This document shows positions 29,447 through 38,832 of a stretch of 64,000 nt of DNA, piece by piece. The notes beneath the pieces were generated by a model, which was not told the DNA's origin, made no database searches, and worked only from the letters and a program-made list of their open reading frames with translations. Position 1 is the stretch's first letter, and each line of letters begins with the position of its first letter. The stretch is from NCBI GenBank assembly GCA_965226795.1, contig CBDDDZ010000005.1, positions 1,088,001-1,152,000 on the forward strand, given 5' to 3'. A program made the translations under genes and the position numbers. The stretch comes from Candidatus Latescibacterota bacterium. Lineage in GTDB: Bacteria; Latescibacterota; UBA2968; GCA-2709665.

Positions 29447-30475
29447 ATGAAAAGCGATTGCGCGACGTGGAAACCTGTGCCGGATCGAGGCGGGCGAGGA
29501 TGCGTTTATTCGAAGACAACGTCCAATCTGACTCTGAACAGTCTCAGTTTCAATCAGTTTCCCTCCAACATACGATTTTTTGCGATTCTGTTATTTCTGC
29601 ATTCTGCATGTGCCGTCCGGCCCGGGATACCGGAGCGAGAACGCGTGGTTTATGTTCATGACTCACTGTACAATCATATAGTCGTTTCGGAAGACGACGA
29701 AGCCCGGTACCTCAGGTTCGGCTACGGCGCAAAGCAGAGCGTCATCTCGCGCGGAAATTCCACGGCGCTGCGCGTACCCTACACAGCATATCTTGCGCTG
29801 GGGATGGCCTTCACCAGACCGGAGCGTATGCTGATTATCGGTCTGGCGGGGGGATCGGTTGCCAGATTCGTACGGACTTTTCGTCCGGCTGTCATTGTGG
29901 ATGTGGTGGAACTCGACCCGGAAGTGGTGCGCGTTGCCACACGGTTTTTCGGGGTCGAAGCGGACGCCGGTTGCAGAATTCACGTGGACGACGGCCGGAT
30001 GTTTGTGAAACGAGCGACGGAACGGTACGACTGGGTCGTTCTGGACGCGTTTCATGCGGACTCTATGCCGCACCATCTTGCAACGGCGGAATTCTTCAGG
30101 GAGGTAAAGGGAATTCTGACACCGGGCGGCGTTGTGACCGTGAACGTGGCGCCTCTCGGTCCGGGTGTATTGTATCTCTCGATAATTCGAACGTTAGCCG
30201 AGGTATTTCCACAGGTGTACCTGTTTCAGGTTCCAGAGCGGAGCAATGTCGTGGCCGTCGCCACGCCCGATGGAACCCGGCGTACGGGAAGCGAGATCGC
30301 ACGTGCCATAGGTGAGTTGAAGGTGGAAATTGGCGACGCGCTGAAATTGCTGATCGCGACGGCCCCATATGGAGAGCGTAAGCCGGTGGTTCGGGGTGTT
30401 CCGGTGCTGACGGACGACTATGCGCCGGTGGACTGGCTGCGATTCTGGCGGGCTACGGCAGCGAGCATCAGGTAG
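29447..30475 (+). CDS. Spermidine-synthase-like SAM-dependent transferase domain protein
   Basis: DSLYNHIVV, LIIGLAGGS, VVELDPEVV, DGRMFV, YDWVVLDAF, HLATAEFF, VLTDDYAPV; start uncertain. Confidence 0.8.
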   Translation: MKSDCATWKPVPDRGGRGCVYSKTTSNLTLNSLSFNQFPSNIRFFAILLFLHSACAVRPGIPERERVVYVHDSLYNHIVVSEDDEARYLRFGYGAKQSVISRGNSTALRVPYTAYLALGMAFTRPERMLIIGLAGGSVARFVRTFRPAVIVDVVELDPEVVRVATRFFGVEADAGCRIHVDDGRMFVKRATERYDWVVLDAFHADSMPHHLATAEFFREVKGILTPGGVVTVNVAPLGPGVLYLSIIRTLAEVFPQVYLFQVPERSNVVAVATPDGTRRTGSEIARAIGELKVEIGDALKLLIATAPYGERKPVVRGVPVLTDDYAPVDWLRFWRATAASIR

Positions 30476-30536
30476 ACGTGGCATCGGGCGGTGGCGCGGC
30501 TTGCGGCTCGATGTCTTAATCAGAAGGAGACATGCG

Positions 30537-32189
30537 ATGGCCGAGGTATGGAATCCGGAACCGGAGTTTCTGGAGTCGCTGGACGCGGCTGTACCGGGAA
30601 TTCTGGCATCTCAGAAGGAAAACGGACAGTTCGGTACGGAACCGTGGGTCTGCGGCGACCAGAACGTCATTTTTTCTCTGGCAGCGGCCTGGCACCTGAA
30701 GGAGAGCGAATATCACCGGAACGACACGGTATTGCAGGCGATCGTTCGGGGTGGGGACGCGCTGATTCACGCGCAGGATGAGGAAGGAAAGTGGACGTTC
30801 CTGAAAAAGGACTATTCGGAGTGGGGCCAGATTTTTATGCCCTGGACCTACAGTCGCTGGATTCGTGCGTACCAGATAGTGCGGGAATCGATGGACGCCG
30901 ACGCGCGGGCCCGGTGGGACGAGGCGCTACGGATGGGGTTCGATGGAATTTCGAGGACGTGTCTGGCACATGTTCACAATATACCCGCACACCATTCGAT
31001 GGGCTTGTTCTGTGCCGGTACGGTGTTCGGCCGGGAGGACTGGCGAAACCAGTCGCGAGCGTTCATGGCGAAAGTGGCTGACGCGCAGTCGACACAGGGC
31101 TGGTGGCCGGAGCACAATGGACCGGTTGTGGCTTACAACTTCGTCTATTCGGATTCGCTGGGGATCTACTACGGGATGTCGGGCGACGCGAAGGTGTTGC
31201 CTGCTCTTGAACGTGCGGCTGCTTACCATGCGAGTCTGACCTATCCGGATGGGAGTACCGTGGAGACCGTGGATGGCCGCAACCCCTATCACGGCGGCGT
31301 ACATCTGGGCAATCCGGGGTTCAGCCATACGGCTGCCGGAAGAGGGTATCTGGCGCAGCAGCACCGGCTGTTACTGGCTGAAGGCAAACGGTTTGACCCG
31401 GACTATGCGGCGAGTTTGCTGCTATACGGCGGTCACGGAGAGGCAGAGGAAACCGCTGCGGGGCAGAAACGGCACGTCTTCCGCATGGGCGACGAGGCGA
31501 CTGCAGTGAGGAACGGCCCTTGGTTTTTCTGTTTGTCTGCCTTTGTGGTGGACTTCCCCCAGAATCGATGGGGACAGGATCGGCAGAATTTCGTAAGCGT
31601 GTTTCACGACCGTGTTGGGCTGGTTGTGGGCGGCGGAAACACAAAGCTGCAGCCTCTGTGGAGTTGCTTCACGGTGGGAGACAAGCGTCTTCTGTCGCAC
31701 ACGCCCGGAGACGAAGATCCGGATTTCGATGTGCCCGATGGATTGATCCACGTACCGGACGAGCTTTCGTACGTCTCCGGCGAAAATGGCGGCCGTCTGA
31801 CGATGCGCTACGGTGAGGAGACCTGCGGGCTGGCGGTCCACGTTGAGTCCGATACCGAACTGACGCTCGCGTACGAATCGACACGAAATTCCGGTATGCA
31901 CGTGGACGGACATGTGACATTGATGCCGCAACTGGACCGGCCGGTGGGTTTTGCGTCTGGAGAAACCGCAAATCTGGGTGAGGCGCCACAGGAGTGGTCC
32001 GGGGAGGCGTGGATTGAACATGCCGGATGGCGACTGTTTTTGTCACCTGGAAGCAAGGTCGTCTGGCCGGCGCTGCCTCATAACCCCTATCGGAAGGCGG
32101 GTGACTCGACTATCGAGGAGGCACGACTGGTCGTGGTGTTGCCCTTCTCGGCCGACGTGGACCGCCATGTGTTGAATTTGGAGGTATAG
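30537..32189 (+). CDS. Hypothetical protein, possibly (alpha/alpha)-toroid plus beta-sandwich lyase-like
   Basis: 550-aa ORF after an AAGGAG RBS; HNIPAH, QSTQGWWPEHNGPVVAYNFVY resemble heparinase/alginate-lyase-like barrels. Confidence 0.55.
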   Translation: MAEVWNPEPEFLESLDAAVPGILASQKENGQFGTEPWVCGDQNVIFSLAAAWHLKESEYHRNDTVLQAIVRGGDALIHAQDEEGKWTFLKKDYSEWGQIFMPWTYSRWIRAYQIVRESMDADARARWDEALRMGFDGISRTCLAHVHNIPAHHSMGLFCAGTVFGREDWRNQSRAFMAKVADAQSTQGWWPEHNGPVVAYNFVYSDSLGIYYGMSGDAKVLPALERAAAYHASLTYPDGSTVETVDGRNPYHGGVHLGNPGFSHTAAGRGYLAQQHRLLLAEGKRFDPDYAASLLLYGGHGEAEETAAGQKRHVFRMGDEATAVRNGPWFFCLSAFVVDFPQNRWGQDRQNFVSVFHDRVGLVVGGGNTKLQPLWSCFTVGDKRLLSHTPGDEDPDFDVPDGLIHVPDELSYVSGENGGRLTMRYGEETCGLAVHVESDTELTLAYESTRNSGMHVDGHVTLMPQLDRPVGFASGETANLGEAPQEWSGEAWIEHAGWRLFLSPGSKVVWPALPHNPYRKAGDSTIEEARLVVVLPFSADVDRHVLNLEV

Positions 32190-32227
32190 TAGAAAGTACG
32201 GGACCACCGTTCGGGCGGCATTCGGGT

Positions 32228-33103
32228 ATGGTATACAACGTTCAAGATGGATGGTTTAAAGTATGCGTGGACCTGCAGCAACATGCTTCCGATATGGTGT
32301 CCGAGCTGTTGTTTGGCCTGGGAAGCTGTGGGTTGGAGGAGCAAGGTGGCTCGGCATGTGGAAAGACAAGGTTGACGGCATACTTTCCCGATGGAAAAGA
32401 CAGCGGTAGGGTATTGTCCGGCCTTGTGGATGGACTGAACGCGCTGATTGGAGACCTGACGACCGTAAGTGTCGAAGTGAAGGATGTCCCGCCGGAGGAT
32501 TGGGCGGCAACGTGGAAGGCCCGTTTCAAGCCCGTTTCTCCGATTCCGACCCTTGTGGTTTGTCCGCCCTGGGAACGTGTCGACGATCCGGAAGGCGGAT
32601 TCAGTCTGGTTATCGAGCCGAAGACGGCTTTCGGAACCGGTCAACACGAAACGACCCAGTTGGCCCTGAAGATGTTGCACGCCGTCGTGAAACCGGGCGA
32701 CGCGGTCCTCGACGTTGGCACCGGCTCCGGAATCCTGAGCCTAGCCGCGGCCAGACTCGGTGCGTCGCGGGTGACAGGCATCGATATCGACGCGCTGGCC
32801 ATAGAGAATGCCCTCGCGAATATGTGCCTGAATGAGATCCCCGGCAACGTGGTGTTTCGCACGGGAACGCTGGAAGACGTATCCGGTGTATTCGACGTCG
32901 TCGTCGCCAATATCGAAAGCCGGACACTGAACCCGATGCTGCCAGCGCTGGTTTCTCACATGGCGCCGCGGGGGAACTTGATTCTCGGAGGGGTGCTGGT
33001 TCAGGAGCAGGCGGAATTTCTGAAGCCGGTACGTGGGGCCGGATTGCAGGTGGTGGAGGTCTTGGAGGAAAACGGCTGGTTGGGTATTCGAGCAGCCCGA
33101 TAA
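32228..33103 (+). CDS. prmA: Ribosomal protein L11 methyltransferase
   Basis: EDWAATWK..F.P, IEPKTAFGTGQHETT, VLDVGTGSGIL, DVVVANI. Confidence 0.93.
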   Translation: MVYNVQDGWFKVCVDLQQHASDMVSELLFGLGSCGLEEQGGSACGKTRLTAYFPDGKDSGRVLSGLVDGLNALIGDLTTVSVEVKDVPPEDWAATWKARFKPVSPIPTLVVCPPWERVDDPEGGFSLVIEPKTAFGTGQHETTQLALKMLHAVVKPGDAVLDVGTGSGILSLAAARLGASRVTGIDIDALAIENALANMCLNEIPGNVVFRTGTLEDVSGVFDVVVANIESRTLNPMLPALVSHMAPRGNLILGGVLVQEQAEFLKPVRGAGLQVVEVLEENGWLGIRAAR

Positions 33104-33213
33104 AACACGGTTGAAGTCCGGGTTTCGAATATCGCGGTGGGACGGACGACGTACGGAACACATCCGGTCCGGAAACGTCCGGCAAGCTCGATCGTTCGGT
33201 CCGGGCGGAGGGT

Positions 33214-34332
33214 TTACCGGTCGGCCAGTTTGAGCATTTTTTCGGTGGATTTGAGTCCGTGTCCCGTCAGAGGCGCCACGATGCACTCGTCTCCGGTCAC
33301 AGGGATTTTCTTGAAGGCCGCTATGGCGGTTGCAGAAGTGGGTTCGGCGTATAAGCCCTGTTTGCAGATATCCAGCAGGGCTTTCTCGATTTCAGCATCG
33401 GTCACGGCGATGACCTGGCCACCAGTCTCGTGAATAATGTCCAGGATCTGGGAAGCGCGTGTGGGTTCCGCGATGGCAATTCCCTCGGCAACGGTATCCA
33501 CCGAGGAGGCAGGGGGAATCTCCGACAGCTGATCCCGCCACATTCGGAAGAGGGGTGCGCAACCTGCGGCCTGCACGGCGATAAATCTGGGCACCCTGGC
33601 GATCAGCCCGTTCTTCAGAAGGTCCTGGAATCCGAGAAAGGCGCCGATGAGCAGGGTGCCGTGCCCCGTGGGGACGATTAACGTATCCGGTGCGTTGAAA
33701 TCGAGTTGCTCCCAGATTTCGAATGCGTAGGTTTTGGTGCCCTGAAAGAAAAACGGGTTCCAGACGTGGCTTGCGTAGAAGTGGCGTTCGGCCGCTTCCA
33801 TTGCCGCACGCGCCGTGGCTTCCCTGGAGCCTGGAACGCGGTTCAGTTTCGCGCCGTAGAGTCGTATCTGCGCGAGTTTTCCGGGAGAAGTGGACTCGGG
33901 CACGAATATTTCGCATTCGATGCCCGCTTTTGCCGCATATGCGGCGACGGCGGCGCCGGCGTTGCCTGACGAGTCCTCCACGACTTTTCCAACCCCGAGT
34001 TCCAGCGCGCGGCTGATCAGTACCGAGGCGCCACGGTCTTTGAAGGAACCCGTGGGAAAGAGGTTTTCCTGCTTGACGGTAAGGGGTTTGCCATAGAAAT
34101 GCGTACGAATTAGGGGCGTGGATCCTTCGTGGAAAGAGACGACATTTGATTCCGACGCTATCGGCAGGGCCTCTCGGTACCTCCACATTCCCGGAGGCCG
34201 ACTCATGATTTTAACCGGGTCGATGGCGCTCTCGAAGCCGACATCCAGGGGCGCGCCACACCCACATTTCCAGCGGCGGGTATCCTCGGAATGGACGATG
34301 CCGCAGGCCCGGCAAACGATCTGTAGCGTCAT
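33214..34332 (-). CDS. Threonine synthase-like PLP enzyme (fold type II)
   Basis: N-terminal CxxC..CxCG, MWRYRE, EGSTPL, PTGSFKDRG, DSSGNAG, VPTGHG, EPTSA, LTGHGLK. Confidence 0.88.
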   Translation of the reverse strand: MTLQIVCRACGIVHSEDTRRWKCGCGAPLDVGFESAIDPVKIMSRPPGMWRYREALPIASESNVVSFHEGSTPLIRTHFYGKPLTVKQENLFPTGSFKDRGASVLISRALELGVGKVVEDSSGNAGAAVAAYAAKAGIECEIFVPESTSPGKLAQIRLYGAKLNRVPGSREATARAAMEAAERHFYASHVWNPFFFQGTKTYAFEIWEQLDFNAPDTLIVPTGHGTLLIGAFLGFQDLLKNGLIARVPRFIAVQAAGCAPLFRMWRDQLSEIPPASSVDTVAEGIAIAEPTRASQILDIIHETGGQVIAVTDAEIEKALLDICKQGLYAEPTSATAIAAFKKIPVTGDECIVAPLTGHGLKSTEKMLKLADR

Positions 34333-35117
34333 GTCAGGGTTCTTCCTTTGAGCATGGCGGAGGTGACAGCGATTGCTGTTCGGCGAGGGATGAGTCGTCC
34401 TGTGAAATTGAGCACTTTGTTGGCAGCGCCATGGATCACGGAGGGTTTTCTACCGAGTTTTCTCAGGGCCAGCGACACGACGGCATCCGGAGTGGCCTCT
34501 CTGAAGCCGCTGGCGTCCCTGATGTGGGCCACGCGGGTGAATTCGGTTTTTGTGAATCCAGGAGATAGCGCCAGACAGTCTATGCCCTTTGCCCTGTACT
34601 CCTTCCAGAGGGATTCGCCCATCAACAGATTGAAGGCTTTGGTGGCGCCATAGACGCCGAGGTACGGGGTCGCCTGGTACGCAGCGGTGGATGCAAGAAA
34701 GATGAGGCCGCCTCGACCTCTTTTTATCATTGGGGGCAGATAGTAGTTGGTAAGCATTACCGGCACGACGCAGTTCAACACGGTCATGTTGACCACTCGA
34801 TCCGGGTCCAGATCGGCGTATGCGCCGGAAAGGCCGAATCCGGCGTTGTTGACCAATAGGCCGACTTCCAGGTCGCTGGTTTGATCTTTGACCAGGCAAC
34901 AGGTATCGTGGACCGTGAGGTCGCCGGGAATGACGCGGGTCTGAATGTCATAAGCCCGTTGGACACCGTCGGCGAGCGCCTCCATGCGTTCTGCCCGGCG
35001 GGCTACGAGCACCACGTTCAGGCCCCTTGCCGCCAGCTGCTTCACGAATTCGGTTCCCAGTCCGGATGAAGCGCCTGTGACCAGGGCCCATGGGCCATAC
35101 TTCTCGTGCCATTGCAT
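34329..35117 (-). CDS. SDR family oxidoreductase (DltE/17-beta-HSD-like)
   Basis: KYGPWALVTGASSGLG, LVNNAGFG, YGATKAF; 4-bp overlap with the downstream gene. Confidence 0.92.
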   Translation of the reverse strand: MQWHEKYGPWALVTGASSGLGTEFVKQLAARGLNVVLVARRAERMEALADGVQRAYDIQTRVIPGDLTVHDTCCLVKDQTSDLEVGLLVNNAGFGLSGAYADLDPDRVVNMTVLNCVVPVMLTNYYLPPMIKRGRGGLIFLASTAAYQATPYLGVYGATKAFNLLMGESLWKEYRAKGIDCLALSPGFTKTEFTRVAHIRDASGFREATPDAVVSLALRKLGRKPSVIHGAANKVLNFTGRLIPRRTAIAVTSAMLKGRTLT

Positions 35118-35200
35118 AGCAACGGTTCCTTATCGGTCCGTGGGTCCAACGCCGTGTAAGGTTTGGAGACTCGGTACGAATATTGTCCTGTAGGGGATGT

Positions 35201-36052
35201 CTATTCTTCCAGCGCGGTTTCAGCGAGTGCGTCCGTATCGGCCACCATCTGTTTCCAGGCGTTATCGGTATAGTCGGGGCCGAAGTCAAAGGGCGAGGTC
35301 TCGATGCACATTGAACGCTTGTAGCCGATGCGACCGGCATGCCGGAAAAATCTGCGCCAGTCGACCCGTCCGTGACCGGGCGCGAGGTGGGAATCGCGGT
35401 CGCCCGCGTTGTCCGCCAGATGAAATGCGACCATGCGGGGGCCCATGACTTCAAAGAATCGGTGGGCATCCCCTCGGCCGGCCACCAGTGCGTGGCCGGT
35501 ATCCAGGCAGAAGCCCAGTTTGGGGTGGGCGAAGTCCCGGATGATCCGTTCGAAATGCTCGGGTCTGGAGGTGAACCGTCCGCCGCCGGACGGCAACATA
35601 TTTTCCAGAGCGATCGTGAAGTTGAGGGCTTCTGCTTCCCGCAAGAGTACGTCCAGGCTCTTGCCGATCTGTCGAAAATAGCTTTCGAGGCCCTCCACGT
35701 CGGCGTCAGAACGGTTCGTGGTGGGATGCTGGATGCCAACGGTGGCCCCGATCAGCGAGGCTTTTTCCATCCAGAGGCGCATTTTGTCCACGGCCCGCAG
35801 ACGTGTGGTTTCGTAAAAAGAAGCGATGTCGTCGTCGGGAGAAAAGGGCAGGTGAAACGTCTCGATGCAAAGTTCCGCCGCTCGATAACTTCCGCCCAGT
35901 GCCTGTAGTTCGGCTTCGGTTTTTCCTTCAAACAATGGCGGTGCGCCTTCGATGCCTGCCAGACCGGCGAAGCGACAGGTTTCCATGATTTCACCATGTG
36001 CCTTTTCAGCCAGTCCGTAACCTGTCGTGGTCCACGTCCAGCCTTTCTTCAT
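35201..36052 (-). CDS. Sugar phosphate isomerase/epimerase (TIM barrel)
   Basis: FHLPF, IALENM, FCLDTGHA, FHLADN..DRDSHLAPGHGRVDW, CIE. Confidence 0.85.
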   Translation of the reverse strand: MKKGWTWTTTGYGLAEKAHGEIMETCRFAGLAGIEGAPPLFEGKTEAELQALGGSYRAAELCIETFHLPFSPDDDIASFYETTRLRAVDKMRLWMEKASLIGATVGIQHPTTNRSDADVEGLESYFRQIGKSLDVLLREAEALNFTIALENMLPSGGGRFTSRPEHFERIIRDFAHPKLGFCLDTGHALVAGRGDAHRFFEVMGPRMVAFHLADNAGDRDSHLAPGHGRVDWRRFFRHAGRIGYKRSMCIETSPFDFGPDYTDNAWKQMVADTDALAETALEE

Positions 36053-36165
36053 GACGGTTTCCTTCCTTTTTGGGTGAACCCTGTGCAATCATCGATTGTA
36101 TGAAATTTCCCTATATGCTCTTTTTGCCGATCAGATCGAGTGCTAAGAGCGAGATCAATCTGAAT

Positions 36166-36942
36166 CTATTTCTTTGCCGGTTGCGCCCGATTGCGCTCCC
36201 AGCGATCGTACCAGTCCAGCAGTTCGGGAGTTGGCGCGAAATTGTGAATTGTTATCCGTCGGCGTCCGGGCAGATAGTTGCCGGTGTGCCAACCATTGGG
36301 ATGGTAGAGCGCAAAATCGCCCGCGTCCATATATAGCCGCTCAGACCGCGGCATCGCCTGCGTATACTCCAGACATGCGCGTTCCCTTTCTTCGTACGAT
36401 TCGTCTTCCGGAGGCAGGGGAGCCCCGGCCGCGTCAATTTCATCCGGCAGGTCGTCTCTCAGATAGCTGCCATGTACATACCACGTACAGTTGTCCTCAT
36501 ATAGCGGGCAGTTGATTTGGTTGAACCAGAGTGGGTCATGGTTCACGCGGCGAAACTCTTCCGGGTCGGGTACGTTAGATGTTGCGCGCAAGTCCCGGTG
36601 CCACGCGGTGCACCAGGGTTTTTCCTCCGGCTCCAGCAAGAGTCCCAATCGTTTGAGTTCGCCATTGGCAATTTTGTGCTCGGGGGTGAGCACTTTGCCG
36701 ATGGCATCTGCCAGAGGAGGAAGTTCCGCGTAGTCCCGAAAGGGCTTGATATCGATGTTGTAGTTGACTATGGGTTGGAGGCGCTGAGCCTGCGGGCCAC
36801 GTTTTTGACGTGCATAGTGATGGGCCTTTGCCGTGGCGCGTCGGAGGTCGCGGATGAGCGACGGGGGCAGGATCTGCCGGAAGATAACGCAACCCCGTGC
36901 GCGGTAGTCGTGGATCATGGAATCACAGAACCTGAAACTCAT
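36166..36942 (-). CDS. Phytanoyl-CoA dioxygenase (PhyH) family Fe(II)/2OG oxygenase
   Basis: WHRD (HxD), YVHGS, MDAGDFALY...WHTGNY...RITIH. Confidence 0.8.
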   Translation of the reverse strand: MSFRFCDSMIHDYRARGCVIFRQILPPSLIRDLRRATAKAHHYARQKRGPQAQRLQPIVNYNIDIKPFRDYAELPPLADAIGKVLTPEHKIANGELKRLGLLLEPEEKPWCTAWHRDLRATSNVPDPEEFRRVNHDPLWFNQINCPLYEDNCTWYVHGSYLRDDLPDEIDAAGAPLPPEDESYEERERACLEYTQAMPRSERLYMDAGDFALYHPNGWHTGNYLPGRRRITIHNFAPTPELLDWYDRWERNRAQPAKK

Positions 36943-37115
36943 TGCTGCCTCCTGCGGATTCGGTTATCTATTCTGGCAGATTGGGTTGGCAAAGGAACTC
37001 GGGGATCGTATTTCCCACACGATCCCAAACTGGGAAATCGCCTGAACCCCACACGTCGCTCTGGTGCCAAGAGTGATGGTTGCGGCCCTGTTGTCCTGAT
37101 GATCTCTGTTCGCCC

Positions 37116-37679
37116 TTACACCTTTCTTACGATATCTCCCACCCGAACGGTGCCCGTTTGAACCACTTGCGCGTTGAGACCGCGCAGTCGGAGCCGCTTT
37201 CCCAGGCGCGAGTTGACGAATTTCATCGCATCCGCGCCAAAACGCGATACGAATTTTGCGCAACCGGTATGGGGTATCTCGGACAACTGGATCACCGCGG
37301 TGCCGAGCGAGAGTCGGGTGCCGGGTGGCAGATTGTCTTCGCTCAGGTCCAGGTCCACGTACAACTGGTCTCCGGCGAGTTGCCAGCGGTTGTTGTCCTG
37401 CGCGACAAGGGCGGCGCACCGGGCGTTCATGACGTTGAGCTGCATTTCGGGATTTGCCGATCCGTTGGGCGTTCGGGAACTGCCGCGGGACTTCCAGTTG
37501 TCGCCGACAAGGCCCTCCTCCGGGTGTAATTCACCTTCGGCGAGGACTTCGCGTCGGCCGATTGCCGGCCGTCGCACAATCATCCTCAGAATGCCCTCGT
37601 CATCCGGTGATTCCCGGACTTCATCCAGTCCCTCTTCGAGTTCCTTCGTTGTCAGATGTTTTACACCATCCATTTCCAC
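37116..37679 (-). CDS. MOSC domain protein
   Basis: EGLVGDNW, LAGDQLYVDLDLS, GTRLSLGTAVIQLS..PHTGCAKF, RGLNAQVVQTG. Confidence 0.85.
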   Translation of the reverse strand: MEMDGVKHLTTKELEEGLDEVRESPDDEGILRMIVRRPAIGRREVLAEGELHPEEGLVGDNWKSRGSSRTPNGSANPEMQLNVMNARCAALVAQDNNRWQLAGDQLYVDLDLSEDNLPPGTRLSLGTAVIQLSEIPHTGCAKFVSRFGADAMKFVNSRLGKRLRLRGLNAQVVQTGTVRVGDIVRKV

Positions 37680-37784
37680 CCTCCGTCTTCGTGGTTTTCA
37701 ACATGGCGGGTCTGAATAACGCCCCGTCGCGGGGAAGGAGCCACGCCCCGATGCCGCAGGACGGTGCATGTCCCGGATGTCGTA

Positions 37785-38471
37785 TCAGGTTCGGGTCGAA
37801 GGCCAGTCAAAACCGTAGCCCACTCCTCTAACGGTGGAAATCGCTCCGTTAAAGCCGGCCAGTTTCGCTCGAAGTCTCGCGACGTGCACGTCCACGGTGC
37901 GCATTCCTCCGTGATAATCGTACCCCCAGATGCGGTCGAGCAGGTCCGATCGGGTAAAGACGCGGTCCCGGTGGACAACCAGGTATTTCAACAGTTCGTA
38001 CTCTTTCAGCGTGAGGTCGACCGGAGCGCCGCTTAAGCGTACTTCATAGCGCACGAGGTTGATGACCAGTTCGTCCAAGTGGATAACGTCCCGTCGTTCT
38101 GCGCGTCCGAGGATCAGGCGCAGGCGAGTATCCAGCTGCCCGAGGGAGTAAGGCTGGGTGATGAAGTCGGTTATTCCCGTAGAGAAGTCCAGGTTCGAGA
38201 CGCAGGCTTCGTCGGTGATCAGCAACACCGGGGTGTTCCGGGAAATTGGAGGCCGCAGCAGTTGTTGAACTGTTTCAGGCAGTTGGCCAGAGGAAATATC
38301 GTCGTCGACCATGACGAGGTCCGCCGGATTGGTCGGCAGGCTGACGGCATCGTGCCTGTCGACATGGTTCTGGTTCCACGCCAGGTGAGAAACGGTATGA
38401 CCGATGGATTCCAGGTCTGACTTGAGTGGTATGCCGTGTGTTTCGTTGGCAAGCAGCAGGATGTGGGACAT
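37785..38471 (-). CDS. Orphan OmpR/PhoB-family response regulator with atypical receiver (GlnR-like)
   Basis: Winged helix DLTLKEYELL...FTRSDLLDRIWGYDY...RTVDVHVARLRAKL...TVRGVGY; degenerate receiver. Confidence 0.88.
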   Translation of the reverse strand: MSHILLLANETHGIPLKSDLESIGHTVSHLAWNQNHVDRHDAVSLPTNPADLVMVDDDISSGQLPETVQQLLRPPISRNTPVLLITDEACVSNLDFSTGITDFITQPYSLGQLDTRLRLILGRAERRDVIHLDELVINLVRYEVRLSGAPVDLTLKEYELLKYLVVHRDRVFTRSDLLDRIWGYDYHGGMRTVDVHVARLRAKLAGFNGAISTVRGVGYGFDWPSTRT

Positions 38472-38583
38472 AGAGTGGGTGTGGCGTCTTGCCGCGGGTG
38501 CAAAATGTGAAACGCTCCGGAATGCCAGGGGTTCGGTCTACCCCGTCCCGTTCGATGTGAGACTTGCAACCCGAAGGCGGAAT

Positions 38584-38611
38584 ATTATAGCGTTCGGCGC
38601 ATCTTTGTCAA
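38584..38611 (-). promoter_or_regulatory. Sigma70 promoter of the response regulator (proximal)
   Basis: Minus strand TTGACA-16bp-TATAAT. Confidence 0.65.
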
Positions 38612-38716
38612 GGGTTATCTGAATGTGGCAGAGCCCCGAAAAACACCGGGTTATCGGGACGGAGGGTGGGGTGGGCGGGCGTGTCTTGCGGCTTATCGAA
38701 TGTCACGTATGAACGG

Positions 38717-38747
38717 AAAAAGGCCGAAACGCCTCTCGGTCTCGGCC
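38717..38747 (-). terminator. Intrinsic terminator immediately downstream of the distal minus-strand promoter
   Basis: GGCCGAGAC-CGAGAGGC-GTTTCGGCC-TTTTT. Confidence 0.6.
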
Positions 38748-38770
38748 CGTTGTCCATTCTTGCCGGTAAT

Positions 38771-38799
38771 AATATAACAACACCCAGACGCGAAGTCAA
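38771..38799 (-). promoter_or_regulatory. Putative sigma70 promoter (distal, leftward)
   Basis: Minus strand TTGACT-17bp-TATATT with an extended -10 TG. Confidence 0.6.
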
Positions 38800-38832
38800 T
38801 AAATTTAAATCCTTTAAAAACACAATATTATA

